Assembly: GCA_965603825.1 (NCBI GenBank) | Contig: CBFDEM010000023.1 | Span: forward strand, 620,001 to 684,000 | Direction of reading: 5' to 3' | Source of the DNA: Blepharisma stoltei ATCC 30299 | Lineage: Eukaryota; Protista; Ciliophora | Length of the DNA: 64,000 nt | In this document: positions 12,028-23,687 of the stretch, piece after piece | Position numbering within the stretch: the stretch's first letter is position 1 | Layout of the letters: every line of letters starts with the position of its first letter | Notes under the pieces: generated by a model | Told to the model about the DNA's origin: nothing | Seen by the model: the letters and a program-made list of their open reading frames with translations, nothing else | The model's database searches: none | Translations under genes and position numbers: made by a program

Positions 12028-13473
12028 ATGCCAGGCAAAGGTAAAGGCAAAGGAGCCAAAGAAGGTAAAGGCAAAGGTAAAGGCAAAGGCAAAGGTAAAA
12101 AAGGTGGTGAGGCCGAAGCCCGCCGCAAGGCAGAAGCGGTCGAAGACATCGAAAGCGAAGAATACAAAACCAACCTCATGCTTGAGCTCGCAGAGCTCCA
12201 AGAAGAAGCCAAAACTGAGAACGGCTTTGCTTCTCTTTACCAACAAGAAAGAGAGCGCATCAACTACTTCTGGATGGCCGAAAAAAAGCTTCTTGAAGAA
12301 AAGCAAGCCGATTACCGCAATAAAGAATGAAGCCTCCAAGAACTTCGAGAAAAGCACGACATTGAGATTAACGTCTGCAAACAAAGGGTCAAGCACTTGC
12401 TATTTGCATCTCTTGACAACTTAACTGAAGAGAAAACCCAAGCTGAAATGGGCCTGAAAAACTCAGAAGATGAACACAGGCTGAAACAGAGAGAGCTTAA
12501 ATATGACGTAAGGGCACTTAAAGTACAAGAAAAAGAAAAAGAGGTCTGTCAAGATGACTATTTAAGATCACTTAAAAAAGATGAGGACAAAAAGAAAATG
12601 GAGCTGAGGCACGAATTCGAAAGACAGGCTATTGACTTAAAAGATAAATACACAGAAAAAATGAACAGGCTGAGGATTGACATGGAAGAAAAAAAGAAAA
12701 GAATCATTGAACAAATTGAAGCTAAAATGAACGCAGCCATCAAAGATTTGACCAAAACACACCAACAAAAGCTGCTTGATATACAGAATTACTATAAAAA
12801 TATAACAGATTCAAATATTTCTCACATAAAGCAGCTACAAGAAGACGTGGTTAGGCTTAGGAAATTAGAGGTGGCTGACTTGAAGACCTTACACAAGCTT
12901 CAATATGAAAATAAACATTTCGTGAACCCTCTAAAAGAAACCCAGCTGAAAGTAGAAGAGAAGAAAAAAGAGCTTGAGCAATATTTGAAAGACAAAGAAG
13001 AACTCCATACCACATTTAAACGTATTACAGACATTGAAGAAGAAATCAGAAATTGGACCTGGGAGTATGAAGTTTTACTACAAGAGCATGATTACATAAT
13101 GAAAGAAAGAGATGAAATCTATGCAAGGTTCCAAGACTCTATATTAGAAGTTCAACAAAAAGTTGGCTTACGAAACCTAATTCTTGAAAAGAAATTAGAA
13201 ACAATTCAAGAAACACTTGAAGCCAAAAATGTTCAGCTTTATCAAATCCTGCAATCAGCCCAGCTTAGACCAGAAGCAATTGCAATGGTAACTTCTTCCC
13301 TTGAAGACGTAGAAAACTCTAAAAATGAACAAATCGCCGCAATTCAAACTGAGCTGAAGAAAATCAGAGAAGCACACAGCAATATGGTGAAAACCTATGA
13401 AGGGAAGCTGTTTGAGTTTGGAATTCCTGTCGAGGAGCTTGGCTTTGATCCTCTTGTCCCTGCTAATGTTTAA
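12028..13473 (+). CDS. GAS8: GAS8/DRC4 (trypanin) nexin-dynein regulatory complex subunit, 481 aa
   Basis: GK-rich N-terminus, QQERERINYFW, KQRVKHLL, VQQKVGLRNLILEKKL and YEGKLFEFGIPVEELGFDPL; ORFs joined through TGA 12328-12330. Confidence 0.92.
12031..12110 (+). repeat. Coding (GGY AAA)n Gly-Lys repeat
   Basis: ggcaaaggtaaaggcaaa... encodes GKGKGKG..GKGKGKGKGKGKK at the GAS8 N-terminus. Confidence 0.8.
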
Positions 13474-13495
13474 AATAATTCTTGTTTAATAAAAT

Positions 13496-14098
13496 ATGAA
13501 CTGGCCTGCATTAGAAAGCGACCCTGAAATTTTTACTCAATATTTCCGTACAATTGGGTTGAGTAGCCAATGGGAATTTTCTGAAATTTTTTCTTTTGAT
13601 GAAGAAGTAGAAGGAAGCGCGATACTTTTGGCTTATAAATTTTATGAGCAAAGCTCTGTTTTTGAAGGAGAGCCAATTCAATTAGAAAATTTTATAAAGC
13701 AAACACCTGTATTAGACAATGCGTGCGGATTAATTGCTGCATTGCATGGAATTTTTGCTGCAAATGCAGATCTTCAAGAAGGAAGCATATTATTTGAGAT
13801 AAAATCACAGATTGCTAATAAAAGTCCTTTAGAAGCTGCTGAGGTTATTATTAATAACCAAGCCTTGCATGATATTCATTTACAATTTGCAGCAGAAGGT
13901 CAATCAGAAATAACTGACTGTCCGAATTATCATTTTGTTGTGCTTTTGCCTGGGTTTATATTATATGATGGAATCAAAAATAATCCAATTCGGCTACCCT
14001 GTGAAGGGAGCTTGTCTATGGGATTTTTTAATTTAGTGAAACAGTTGATTGAGACTGAAAGGATTGCTGAGGATATGAATATGATGGTTCTTATTTAA
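13496..14098 (+). CDS. Ubiquitin C-terminal hydrolase (peptidase C12, UCHL3-like)
   Basis: WPALESDPEIF, Q....NACG catalytic Cys, HFV, and YDG. Confidence 0.9.
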   Translation: MNWPALESDPEIFTQYFRTIGLSSQWEFSEIFSFDEEVEGSAILLAYKFYEQSSVFEGEPIQLENFIKQTPVLDNACGLIAALHGIFAANADLQEGSILFEIKSQIANKSPLEAAEVIINNQALHDIHLQFAAEGQSEITDCPNYHFVVLLPGFILYDGIKNNPIRLPCEGSLSMGFFNLVKQLIETERIAEDMNMMVLI

Positions 14099-14199
14099 AA
14101 TAAAGATATTAACAATTTAATAAATATTTATTAATATAGGTACATTTACTTTATATAAACTTAGGCTTAACACAAATTTCAGTAAAAATCTTATTAAAA

Positions 14200-15348
14200 T
14201 TAAACCAAATTACCTCTTCTTTCTTGTTCTTGTTCCAATGATTCAAATAGGGCTTTAAAGTTTCCAATTCCAAATCCATTGTTATTATGTCTTTGAATAA
14301 TTTCGTAGAACAGTGTGGGCCTGTCTTCTACTGGTTTTGTGAAAATCTGCAATAAATACCCCTGGTCATCAAAGTCAACCAAAATATGAAGGTCTTCAAT
14401 CCTTCTCAAGTCTTCTTCGATTTGGACAGTAGAGTGTGCAAGTCTTTTTCTTAAATTATCGTAATATTTAGGAGGAACTTCTAAGAATTCAACACCTCTA
14501 GCCCTTAAAGTGCTTATTACTGAAATAATATCATTGACTTTTAGTGCAATATGCTGTACGCCTGCTCCACCATAATATTCAACATATTCCTGGATTTGAC
14601 TTTTTCTAAGTCCATCTGCAGGCTCGTTGATAGGCATTTTGATCACTTCATCCCAGTCAGCAACCACAACAGACCTTAATGCTGAATAATCTGTATGAAT
14701 TACAGACTCATCAGCTGACCAATATCGATGAAATTCTAGATATTTCTCATACCATTCCACTGTAGGAGTCATATCGCCGCCAGGCTGATTTCCTACAACA
14801 TGATCAATAATATCATAATTTACCTGAGGAAAAGCAGAGTTTAAAGGATCATCTTTTGTAATTGCTCTAAAGCCAGGCAAAAAGGGTCCTGTATAATCGA
14901 CATTTTGGACTAGCGTATGAACAGTGTCTCCATAAGTCTGAAGAGACGCTATTATGACAGATCCAAATTGGTCTTGCAAAACTTGTGGCTCACGGAAGCT
15001 TTTGCAGCCTTTAGCTATCGCTTTTTCATACATCCCTCTTGCGTCGCTTACACTAAAGGCAATGTCTTGAACTCCGTCACTGTGCTTGCCAACGTGACGA
15101 TTCACTTCATTGTCTTCAGGGGTGAGAGCTGAGGTAAAAGCGATGACTACATGGTTGCTTCGGACCACATTGGTACAGAATTTCTGGTTCCCTGTTTCCA
15201 ATCCTTCATAGGCAACTGGGGAAAACCCAAAGCGAGATGTATAGAAGGAAGCAGCTTGCTTTGAGTTGGAAACGTAAAAACGAACGTGATGGAACCCATA
15301 GAATTCTCCAATCTCTGGACGCGTTTCTTGCTTGGCGTAATAAGTCAT
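14200..15348 (-). CDS. HPD: 4-hydroxyphenylpyruvate dioxygenase
   Basis: DHVVGNQP, KMPINEP, SQIQEYVEYYGGAGVQHIAL, YLLQIFTKPVEDRPTLFYEIIQR and GFGIGNFKALFESLE. Confidence 0.98.
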   Translation of the reverse strand: MTYYAKQETRPEIGEFYGFHHVRFYVSNSKQAASFYTSRFGFSPVAYEGLETGNQKFCTNVVRSNHVVIAFTSALTPEDNEVNRHVGKHSDGVQDIAFSVSDARGMYEKAIAKGCKSFREPQVLQDQFGSVIIASLQTYGDTVHTLVQNVDYTGPFLPGFRAITKDDPLNSAFPQVNYDIIDHVVGNQPGGDMTPTVEWYEKYLEFHRYWSADESVIHTDYSALRSVVVADWDEVIKMPINEPADGLRKSQIQEYVEYYGGAGVQHIALKVNDIISVISTLRARGVEFLEVPPKYYDNLRKRLAHSTVQIEEDLRRIEDLHILVDFDDQGYLLQIFTKPVEDRPTLFYEIIQRHNNNGFGIGNFKALFESLEQEQERRGNLV

Positions 15349-15897
15349 TTATATTATAAGGTCTGAGCCATAAGATTTCTAGATCAAGATATGGACCCAT
15401 AAATGGGGTGAATAATTTAAATCTAAGAAAATAAGCTGGAAATTTGGGGAAATATTAGCGAAAATAAGGATTTTAAATGAAAAAGTTATGGGATTAAATG
15501 TAAAAATATTGAATTAGCTTAAATTTATGCAAAAAATTTATTATGAAAAAAATTGATTTTAGAGAAATTGAAAGACTTTTGATGGTGAAAACCTAAATAA
15601 AAGCATAAAAAGTTATTTAAAAATACAAGTTGAATAATTTAGTTTATTTTAATATGTAATCACATTTTAATCCATTTTAAGATTGACTATAAAGCCATAT
15701 ACACAAATAAATATTTTATTTATCATACATTTCTTCTGGTTTAATATCTATCGAATTGCACTTAATTATAGTTAGCTCAAATCATTATTAAATTGGAATT
15801 TTATTTTTATTTTACATTAAAATAAAATTAATTGAACTTTAAATCACAAAATAATTTTTATCGTATGATTTATTAATGGCAAATTTAACACCCGGTT

Positions 15898-16929
15898 TTA
15901 GAGACCTCTAGTTTTCTCGATGTGATAATTCGATAGAAATTCTCTTATAGTGCTTATTTCTTTCACTGCATTTTCTAAAGACTTAACAACAGAGTCTGGT
16001 GATTGATTTGATTCAACATGGACTTGACATGCCAAAAGAATTGCAGCTAAGCTCACTTCTCCCTTTGACTGAAACCAATTAATAAAGCTTGATAGCTGAG
16101 ATAGCTCAGATGCTATCTGAAATGAATATTTCGTTATTTCTTCCATTCGAATTTCTTTTATTTGATTTCTTAAGTCATCATTTTCTTTAGTAAGTTGAGT
16201 ATGAATGTCCTGGATCTTTGAAATCTGAGATTTAAGAAATGCAATTTCTAATTTCGTCTGAGTGTCATTAGTAAGCTTTTCGTTCATGTCTTCTTCAAGA
16301 CTTAACATCTGCAACTCAAAAATCTTTTTTTCTTTGGCATAGCGAGATGTTATTTCTTTTTCTTGAAGTTTCAGCTTATTTTCAAGTGCTTTAATTGTTT
16401 CATCTTTATTTTTTTCGTTCTTTTCTGAGCAGATTTCTTGGTTTACAAGTAACTTATTGAATTGATTTTCATTTTCTTTTAAAAATTTTTCTAAATAACA
16501 AATTTTTTCATCTTTTTCTCTGATTTCTTTCTTTAATTTTGATATCGTTAATCTCAAATTTGTAATTAAATCGTTAGCTTCTTCTATTATAGCTAAGTGT
16601 TTGCAATCGCAACTTGATGAATTTTCAAACGATTTCTGAGTTGAGGCTTCAGAATTTCCTTCAAAATGATTTCTTTTTGGGCTATTTAAAGCTTTCTTGG
16701 AAATGGGACACTCAAACTTAGAAAGCGCTGTGTTAAGAATTTTCACCTTTTGAATAGGACTTCATTCATTGCAGCTCCTATCTGTTTTTGGACTTAGGTG
16801 GGGAGATTTTAATGCTGACCCAGGTGGAGAACGAGGGTCATATTTGTTTGTGCTTCTGTGCTTTGGTGAAAAGGTCAGACTTAAGTCAAGCTTTGTCATG
16901 TTCTTTTTAGGTTTATGAGCAGTAATCAT
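15898..16929 (-). CDS. Hypothetical coiled-coil protein, ~343 aa
   Basis: ATG 16929 (MITAHKPKK) is in frame with ORF 15898..16746 through TGA 16762-16764; S/P-rich N-terminus followed by coiled coil. Confidence 0.7.
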
Positions 16930-17269
16930 TTTTAATGTATGGGTATAGTTATTATTTAAAATGGAAAATAATTCTCTCAACTCTTGTATTCACTGCAAGT
17001 CTAACCTATATTAGTTAGTAAGAAAAAATATTAATTTATACTTAAGTTCCTTAGTCAATTATCACAATTGCGATTAATTAACAATAAATTCTGTTCATAT
17101 AATAATTAGGTGAACTACTATAAAATTTATAATATATAGGATATCAGGATATTTTAGATATTTTAATTAAAATTTATATTATCCGCCTTTTCACAAATAA
17201 GAAGCTTTTGATTATAAAATTTCAATAATTTTTATATTCTAATTCCTTAAATATAATAATTTACCCAAG

Positions 17270-18175
17270 ATGGACTCTATGCAAGATAAACAACAAACAA
17301 TAGACCGACGAAAGTGGACAGTAGTCTGCAAGCACTGACTCAAAGGTCTGTGTCAAAAGGACGACAAGTGTGAATACCTCCACCAATACGACCTTTCCAG
17401 AATGCCGATCTGTTCATCAATTACCAAAGGACGTCCATGCACCTCAGAAGACTGCGTTTTCAAGCACATCGACCCAAACCAGAAGCGCTGCCCTCGTTAC
17501 GAGCTTGGATTTTGCATAAAAGGTCCTCAATGCAAGGAAAGACACGAAAGAACTAACGAACCACCTACATATCTCCCCGATAAATATTTTGCTGAGATAA
17601 TTAATCCAATGTTTCATTCAATGGTGCCTATGAAAACTGATTCTTTATTTCTCCCTGCAGGGCAGGTCCAATTTCAAGGGACTTCCCGCTATTTTATTGC
17701 ATGCGGAACAACTGAGGCAGTTCAGACAGCCCTCATTCATTCTGCATGGGCTACTACAAATTCAAACTTAACTGTTTTGAGAAATTCATTAAAACAAAGC
17801 GAAAATGTTGCTTTGATTTTTAGGGATGATAAATATTTTTATGGGTTTGCCAAAATCGTAGGAGATATTGACCCTAATTTTAAGCCAGGAATTTTTGGAG
17901 ATGACCCGTCTACTGCTGCTAATTTTAGAATTAGATGAATTAAGAAATGCAGACTAGAACTAGACTCCACAAACCACTTAAGAAATCCATTTGATGGGAT
18001 GTTAAGGGTAAGAATGGGAAAAGAAGCCCAAGAAATTGAAGGAGAGGTCGCAGAAAAAATCTGCTCAATGATGGTGCCGCTACAAGATTACGAAGTTTTA
18101 GAGTACAAGAAATCTAAGAGGCAAAGAGAAGATGAGAAGAACGGGAAACATCCTGATAAAAAACACAGAAGTTAA
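17270..18175 (+). CDS. CPSF4: CPSF30/CPSF4 (3 CCCH zinc fingers) fused to a YTH domain, 301 aa
   Basis: TVVCKH(TGA=W)LKGLCQKDDKCEYLHQYDLSRMPIC and CPRYELGFCIKGPQC..RH, then RYFI...SAWATT...VALIF...FYGFAKI...FRIR(W)IK...HLRNPFDG.RVRMGKEAQEIE (YTH-like). Ends at TAA 18173-18175. Confidence 0.88.
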
Positions 18176-18182
18176 AATAAAT

Positions 18183-19757
18183 TTATGAATTTTTAATTAA
18201 TTGCTTCATAAATGCTACGAATTCTTGGTAGCTTATAAGGTTATCGTGGTTTTTGTCTAAGAGTTTTATGAATTCTTGGAGCTCTTCTTTTGGAACTTTT
18301 GGCATTGAGTATTGAAGCTCGGATAGATTTAAAGACCCATCTCCTGAGATATCATACAATTTAAATGCCTTTTTCAGCTTTTCCTGCGATATCATTTTAT
18401 TCCAATCAATAGCAGCTGCCAAAAACTCAGAAAATTCAATAGTTCCATTCCCATCAGCATCACAGCTTTTCATAATCGCATCTATATCAATAGTTGCATC
18501 AATATCCATATGTTCATACCCAGCCTTCAGCTCCTCTTTGCTTAATTTTCCATCCTTATTAGTATCAAGCTGCTCAAATAAATCAGTCAGCTGCTTTTCT
18601 TCTTCTTTTGTTAAGGTATTTGAAGCTATGAAGGTTAGGATGCATTTTTCGAATTTTGATTTTTTTCTGAAATCGTTTAGCTGAGTTAATGCACTTGAGT
18701 ATAGAGGATTTGCACCTGAAGGACTGCTTAAATTAGACTGTATTCAAGGATGGTTCATTGCTTCAAATGCTGAAGGTCTATCAGCAGGATTGAAAGCAAG
18801 AAGCTTTTTTAATAAGTCTATTAAAGATTCAGGGTATTGAAGTCATTGTGGAGTGGTTAAGTCCAGTCCTTGTTTGGTTAAAGCCAAGATATCTTTTTTA
18901 TTATTTCCTATGAACGGAAATTTTCCAGTGATCATGATATGTAGGATAACTCCTGCACTTCATAAATCACTTTTTTCATTAGATATCCCATTTGAAGCTT
19001 CTGGAGCTTTATAATACATCTAAGTTACCATTACATCTCGGACTGTAGTTTTTACATTTTTCTTACCATATAAATAGCTAGAAAGGTCAAAATTCGCAAC
19101 TTTAAGACGAGAGTCTGATGATTTGGCTTCAAAAAATAAATTTTCTGATTTCAAGTGTGAATGGATAATCCCTCTTTGATGACAATAATTTAACCCATTA
19201 AAAATATCATACATACACTGGCTTGCAATAGAATCACTCAAATATGAATCACTTATGATTTTTTTTAATAACTCGACACCTCCAAAATACTCAGAAGCAA
19301 TATAATAGCATGAGGATGTTTCGATTGACTCATAAGTTTTTTGAATATTTGGATGATCCTGCTTATTTTATACCATTTGCTTTAGAATTTCAGCTTTTTC
19401 TAAAAACAGCTCACGAACTTCTATATCATTTTTAGGTCTTGGGTATTTTTTCAAAACTCTTTTGGTTTGTGTTCTTTTGTCTATTGCAATTAAAAATTCT
19501 TTATCTGTGCCTTTGCATGCAATTTTTACAGTTTGGTAATATTGCTTGAGAGATCCTTGTAAGTTATTTGTAATAACTGGCTCGATTATTTCGCTGACAT
19601 TTGTATTGGGTTTAAATGAAGGTTTTCTTGAGAAAGCATGTGTGCGAGAACTTTTGATAGGATTTTGCTTTATTGACTGAATTAGGGAATCTCGGCTTTT
19701 GTTGGTTTCGTTGTCAGCTTTTGTTTCTTGTTCAGGCCTCGGAGCACAACAGCCCAT
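18183..19757 (-). CDS. Calcium-dependent protein kinase-like pseudokinase with 4 EF hands, ~514 aa
   Basis: MGCC acylation motif; kinase fold with HSHLKSEN and NFD in place of HRDLKPEN and DFG; YYKAPE, DL(W)SAG and EF hands; introns at 19359..19373 and 19020..19034. Confidence 0.88.
19020..19034 (-). other. 15-nt intron
   Basis: GTAATGGTAACTTAG; in-frame TAG; removal restores the YYKAPE region. Confidence 0.85.
19359..19373 (-). other. 15-nt intron
   Basis: GTATAAAATAAGCAG; in-frame TAA; removal restores ILKQM-DHPNI. Confidence 0.9.
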
Positions 19758-20051
19758 TTATATAAATATAGTATCATATTAAAAAGGAATGAGGATAATG
19801 TAAAACGTATAGGCCATTTATATGAAATGATAAAGATCAGAAAATTAGCCATAATAACATTTTCAATGTTTTTAAAATATAGACATAAGTTTTGACTATT
19901 TTTATGATCTCAATAATTGACGTACCTATAAAGCTTTAATTTTTTATACTAAAAATAGACTATTTTATATTATCTAAGCCAATATTTTTATTATGAAATT
20001 AACTAAAAAGTCTTCAAAAATGCATAATTTTATTATAGCTAATGAACATTT

Positions 20052-20552
20052 TTAATGAACCAAATTTCATCTTTTTTCGTTTTCTTTTTTTACACTTGAT
20101 CTTCTAAGTATTATTTGGGGTGAAAGAACCTTTGTTCTTATCTTAAAACCAGTGGATAAATTAATCAGTTCCTTTTGGCTTTGGACTTTGTTAGTTTGTT
20201 TTGAAACTCTGCTGGCTTTTTTCACTGGCTGCTGCTTTTCTTTTATTTGATCTTTAGTTTGTTCCATCAGTTCAACAAGGTCTCTAACCAATGAATCTTC
20301 TTCGCAGAAATTGTTTTCACAATTAGAATTAATTGGCTCTATATCCAAGTTATTGCTAAACCCCTTATTTTTATAAGAAGAATCAGAAGCATCCTCCCAA
20401 TTTTTGTTGACAGGGCTGTTAGGGCTACTCGGGCTTCTTTGTATAAGCGTGAACCTTTTTATTACAGGCCTTTCTATTTGGCCTAAGTTTGTAGTTGAAC
20501 GGCTAGCTCTTAAGCTGAGCTTGTCTAATTGAAACTCTTTTCTTTTGTGCAT
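20052..20552 (-). CDS. Hypothetical low-complexity basic protein, ~166 aa
   Basis: ORF 20067..20552 extended through TGA to TAA at 20052-20054. Confidence 0.6.
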
Positions 20553-21281
20553 TTTATCCTATATAATATTTTATTACTTAATTTTGGCAGCTCTTAGGTA
20601 ATCATTTATTTTAGAATAAAATAATTGCTTATTTGTATAAATGTAAAAGTGACAGTAAGAATGCATGAATGCCTCCTTTATGAGACAAAACTGTTGAAAT
20701 ACAAATCTGCAAATTTATAATAGCAAATTATGGGTATTACAATAAAAAAATTAGCTTCACGACTTCCTCGATTTAGAATAATTTCTCCATAAAGCTTATA
20801 ATGAAGCCGAAAGCTGTCAAGACTCGCCAGATCTTTTGTATCAACCTCTATCCATTAATTGTGCATATACATTCTACTTTCAAAAATATCTCTTTCTCTT
20901 CATGTTCCACTAAAAGACTCAGTCTTTTATAAGCATCTCCCAAAAATCATGCTCAAAGATAGCATTTAATTGCGCATTATTCTCTAAAGTCCATAAGTAG
21001 AAACATTGATACCCCAGGGCTTTATGTAGAGCAGACTTTCTGTTAACTATTATATGCTGAAATATAGGAAAGATTATTGAAAGTTTCATCTTAAATTTTG
21101 AAACCCAAAATATCGAAAATCTCTATAAAGAACTAATGATATGCAGTTTATTATGAAAATTATTGTCAAAAATATCATCATTATATTTTGCTATATAAAT
21201 AAGAGTTATAGAAATAAACCATTAATTATTAAGCTGCTTATAACTTTACAAATTTAATAATCTAAAGAATGTCTGAGCTAA

Positions 21282-21314
21282 GTGTAAGACATCTTTATTA
21301 AGATGTCTTGACAC
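21282..21314. repeat. Short inverted repeat upstream of DPM2
   Basis: GTGT-AAGACATCTT-tatt-AAGATGTCTT-g-ACAC; perfect 10-bp stem. Confidence 0.7.
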
Positions 21315-21333
21315 GTTTACAATAAAATTTAAT

Positions 21334-21588
21334 ATGTCTTCCAAAGCATTTGGTGGTGCATTAATGTTGGCCGGAATCACGATTTTTGTGTATTACACAT
21401 TTTGGCTGGTCGTAACAGTATGAAATATGTAGCCTTATCTTGATACCCAAAGCTTTATTCACAATTTTTACCCTCCTAGAGAATGGGCTATGCAAGGTCC
21501 GAAATTTTTATTGATTTTTGGAGTAGTCACTTTATCTGGGCTTATTGGGTATTTATTTATGAGCACTAGGAAACCTAAACAGGCATAG
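21334..21588 (+). CDS. DPM2: Dolichol-phosphate mannose synthase regulatory subunit DPM2, 79 aa (missing from the ORF track)
   Basis: After removing intron 21418..21432: MSSKAFGGALMLAGITIFVYYTFWLVVTPYLDTQSFIHNFYPPREWAMQGPKFLLIFGVVTLSGLIGYLFMSTRKPKQA. This matches the DPM2 pattern F.YYT.W....P..D....H..F.PR..A. Confidence 0.9.
21418..21432 (+). other. 15-nt intron (DPM2)
   Basis: GTATGAAATATGTAG; in-frame TAG. Confidence 0.9.
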
Positions 21589-21662
21589 AATGATAATTAA
21601 ACTGAATATTCTAATTATGATTTTTATAAGCAAATTTTATTGTTAAATAATTATTAGCCAAC

Positions 21663-23687
21663 TTATAAATTAGGACTTCTATAGATGTCTTCAATAAGCT
21701 CTGCGTATTTCTGTGCAACAAATTTCCTTTTAAGTTTCATAGTTGGGGTCAGCTCTCCAGTGTGAAGTGAAAAATCAGTTGGCAAAAACACCCATTTCCT
21801 GACGTGTTGTGCTTTTGAAATAGCCTTTTTATTTGCTCTATCAATTCCTTCTTGGATATATTTTTTGACTTTTTGGTCATTCATAGCTTCATCGTAAGTT
21901 TTAGCTGTGCTCCCAATTTCTGCCAAAATTCTTAGGGCTTCTGATGATAAATTTCTTGTCAACGTCATATCTGGACCAGGCTCCGTTTTAATAGCTACTA
22001 GTAACGCTAAATAATTTTTATAGTCTCCAACCAGCATACAGTTAGAAATAAGCCTGCACTCTTCTTTAATAGCGTCTTCTATCAGAACTGGAGGAATATT
22101 TTCCCCACCAGCTGTAATAATCAGCTCTTTAAACCTCCCTGTAATAAATAAAAATCCTTTTTCATTGATATATCCTTCATCTCCGCTATGTAAGAACCCA
22201 TTTTTGTCTATTGTCGCTTTAGTCTCTATTTCGCTTTTATAATACCCCATAAATCTGTTACGTCCTCTCATGCAGACTTCGCCACGAGTTCCTCTTGGGA
22301 CTTCTTCTCCACTTTGACTGAGGATTTTAAGTCTGGTTCCATTAATAGGCTGTCCAGCGCTCCATACATTGTTACTATGAAGATAGTTCATTGTTTCAGG
22401 GGCTGCGCATTCTGACATTCCGTAAACATTCATTAGTGGTATATTCAAACTGAGGAAAAATTCAAGCGTTGCTTTAGATATTGGTGCAGCGCTCACAATA
22501 AAAGCTTTGCATCTGTCTAGGCCTAATGCTTGTTTTACCTTTGAAAACACTATTGTATTAGCTAGGCTATATTTCCAAGAAGTCGGCTTCTGCTGCAGCT
22601 GATCCAAAGTCGCTTTAAGCCCTACCTGCTTTGCCCATATCCCAATTTTCTTTGCTAAATCCCCTTTACTTGCCGCAATCGCCTTGATTTTTTCTTCAAT
22701 TTTCTCATAAACCCTAGGAACTGACATAAAAAATGTTGGCCTTGCTTCTTTCAGCGTAACCCCTAAAGTCCCTTGCAAACAATTTTCATCAGCAAACCAT
22801 AAAGCGGCTTTCTTATAAAGTGACCCAAAAATATCAATAATTTGTGCAGCAGAATGGCTCAGTGGCAAATAAGAAACTACCACATTTTCCCCTTCCTCCA
22901 TTAATTTAGCGTCATCTATTGTAGTTTTGGCGCACCAAATATAGTTATCATGGCTTAGCATTACACCTTTAGGTGGTCCAGTTGTTCCAGAAGTATAGAC
23001 TACAGTTGCACATTGAGCTGGACTTATATCCTTCATCCTTTTGGCTAATTCTTTTCCTTCAGTATCGCTGCCAGTTGCCATGAATTCTTCCCAGGTATAA
23101 ACTTGACGGCCTGCTCTAATAGCTTCTAGCCCTGCTCCAGGCGAATAAACAACTACAGCTTTTAGCTTAGGAAGTCTGTCTCATATAGTCAGGTATTTTT
23201 GAAGCTGGGCTTCATTTTGCACTATAATTACTTCGGCTTGGCTATGATCCGCCACATAAAAGCAAGCTTCTGGGCCATTTGTGGTATAAACACCAATAGG
23301 AACCAAGCTTGCAAATAAAGCTCCGGAAAAGCTGATTAGCCACTCAGGGGCGTTAAAGCCAATGATATTGACAGTTGCCCGAGATCTTATGCCAAGATTA
23401 ATCAAAGCTCGGGCGAACCTTAAGGAATCGTCATAATATTGCTGAAAAGTCCATGTGATCCATTTGCCTCCACGTTTTACACGCAATGCTGCCTGCTGGG
23501 CGTGGGTTTGTAGAGCGTCTTGGAAAATATTGATATATGTCAGCGGAGGAGTGGAGCCTTGACCTGAAGTTTCCATGATAATAGGAAGCTCAAAGTTAAT
23601 GTCGTCAGTCCAATAGAGATTTCTACCATCTGGCTGGACAAATTGACTGTAGGCATTCTTAGACACCCACAAGTAAGTTGAGTCCAT
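21663..23687 (-). CDS. Long-chain fatty-acid CoA ligase, bubblegum/ACSBG family, 674 aa
   Basis: YTSGTTGPPKGVMLSHDN, SYLPLSH, YGMSE, LHSGD, ITGRFKELIITAGGENIPPV and GELTPTMKLKR; ORFs joined through TGA 23181-23183. Confidence 0.95.

Noticed and set aside
12001-12424. Alternative-frame and antisense ORFs over GAS8, and similar shadow ORFs over the channel, HPPD, Cys-rich genes, NOC3 and the kinases
   Set aside because: They are shadows of real genes and carry no recognisable motifs.
20417-20424. TGTTAGGG (heterotrich telomere unit)
   Set aside because: Single copy inside a CDS; no telomeric tract in the window.
20910-21089. Short minus-strand ORF MKLSIIFPIFQH...
   Set aside because: About 59 codons with no motif or other support.
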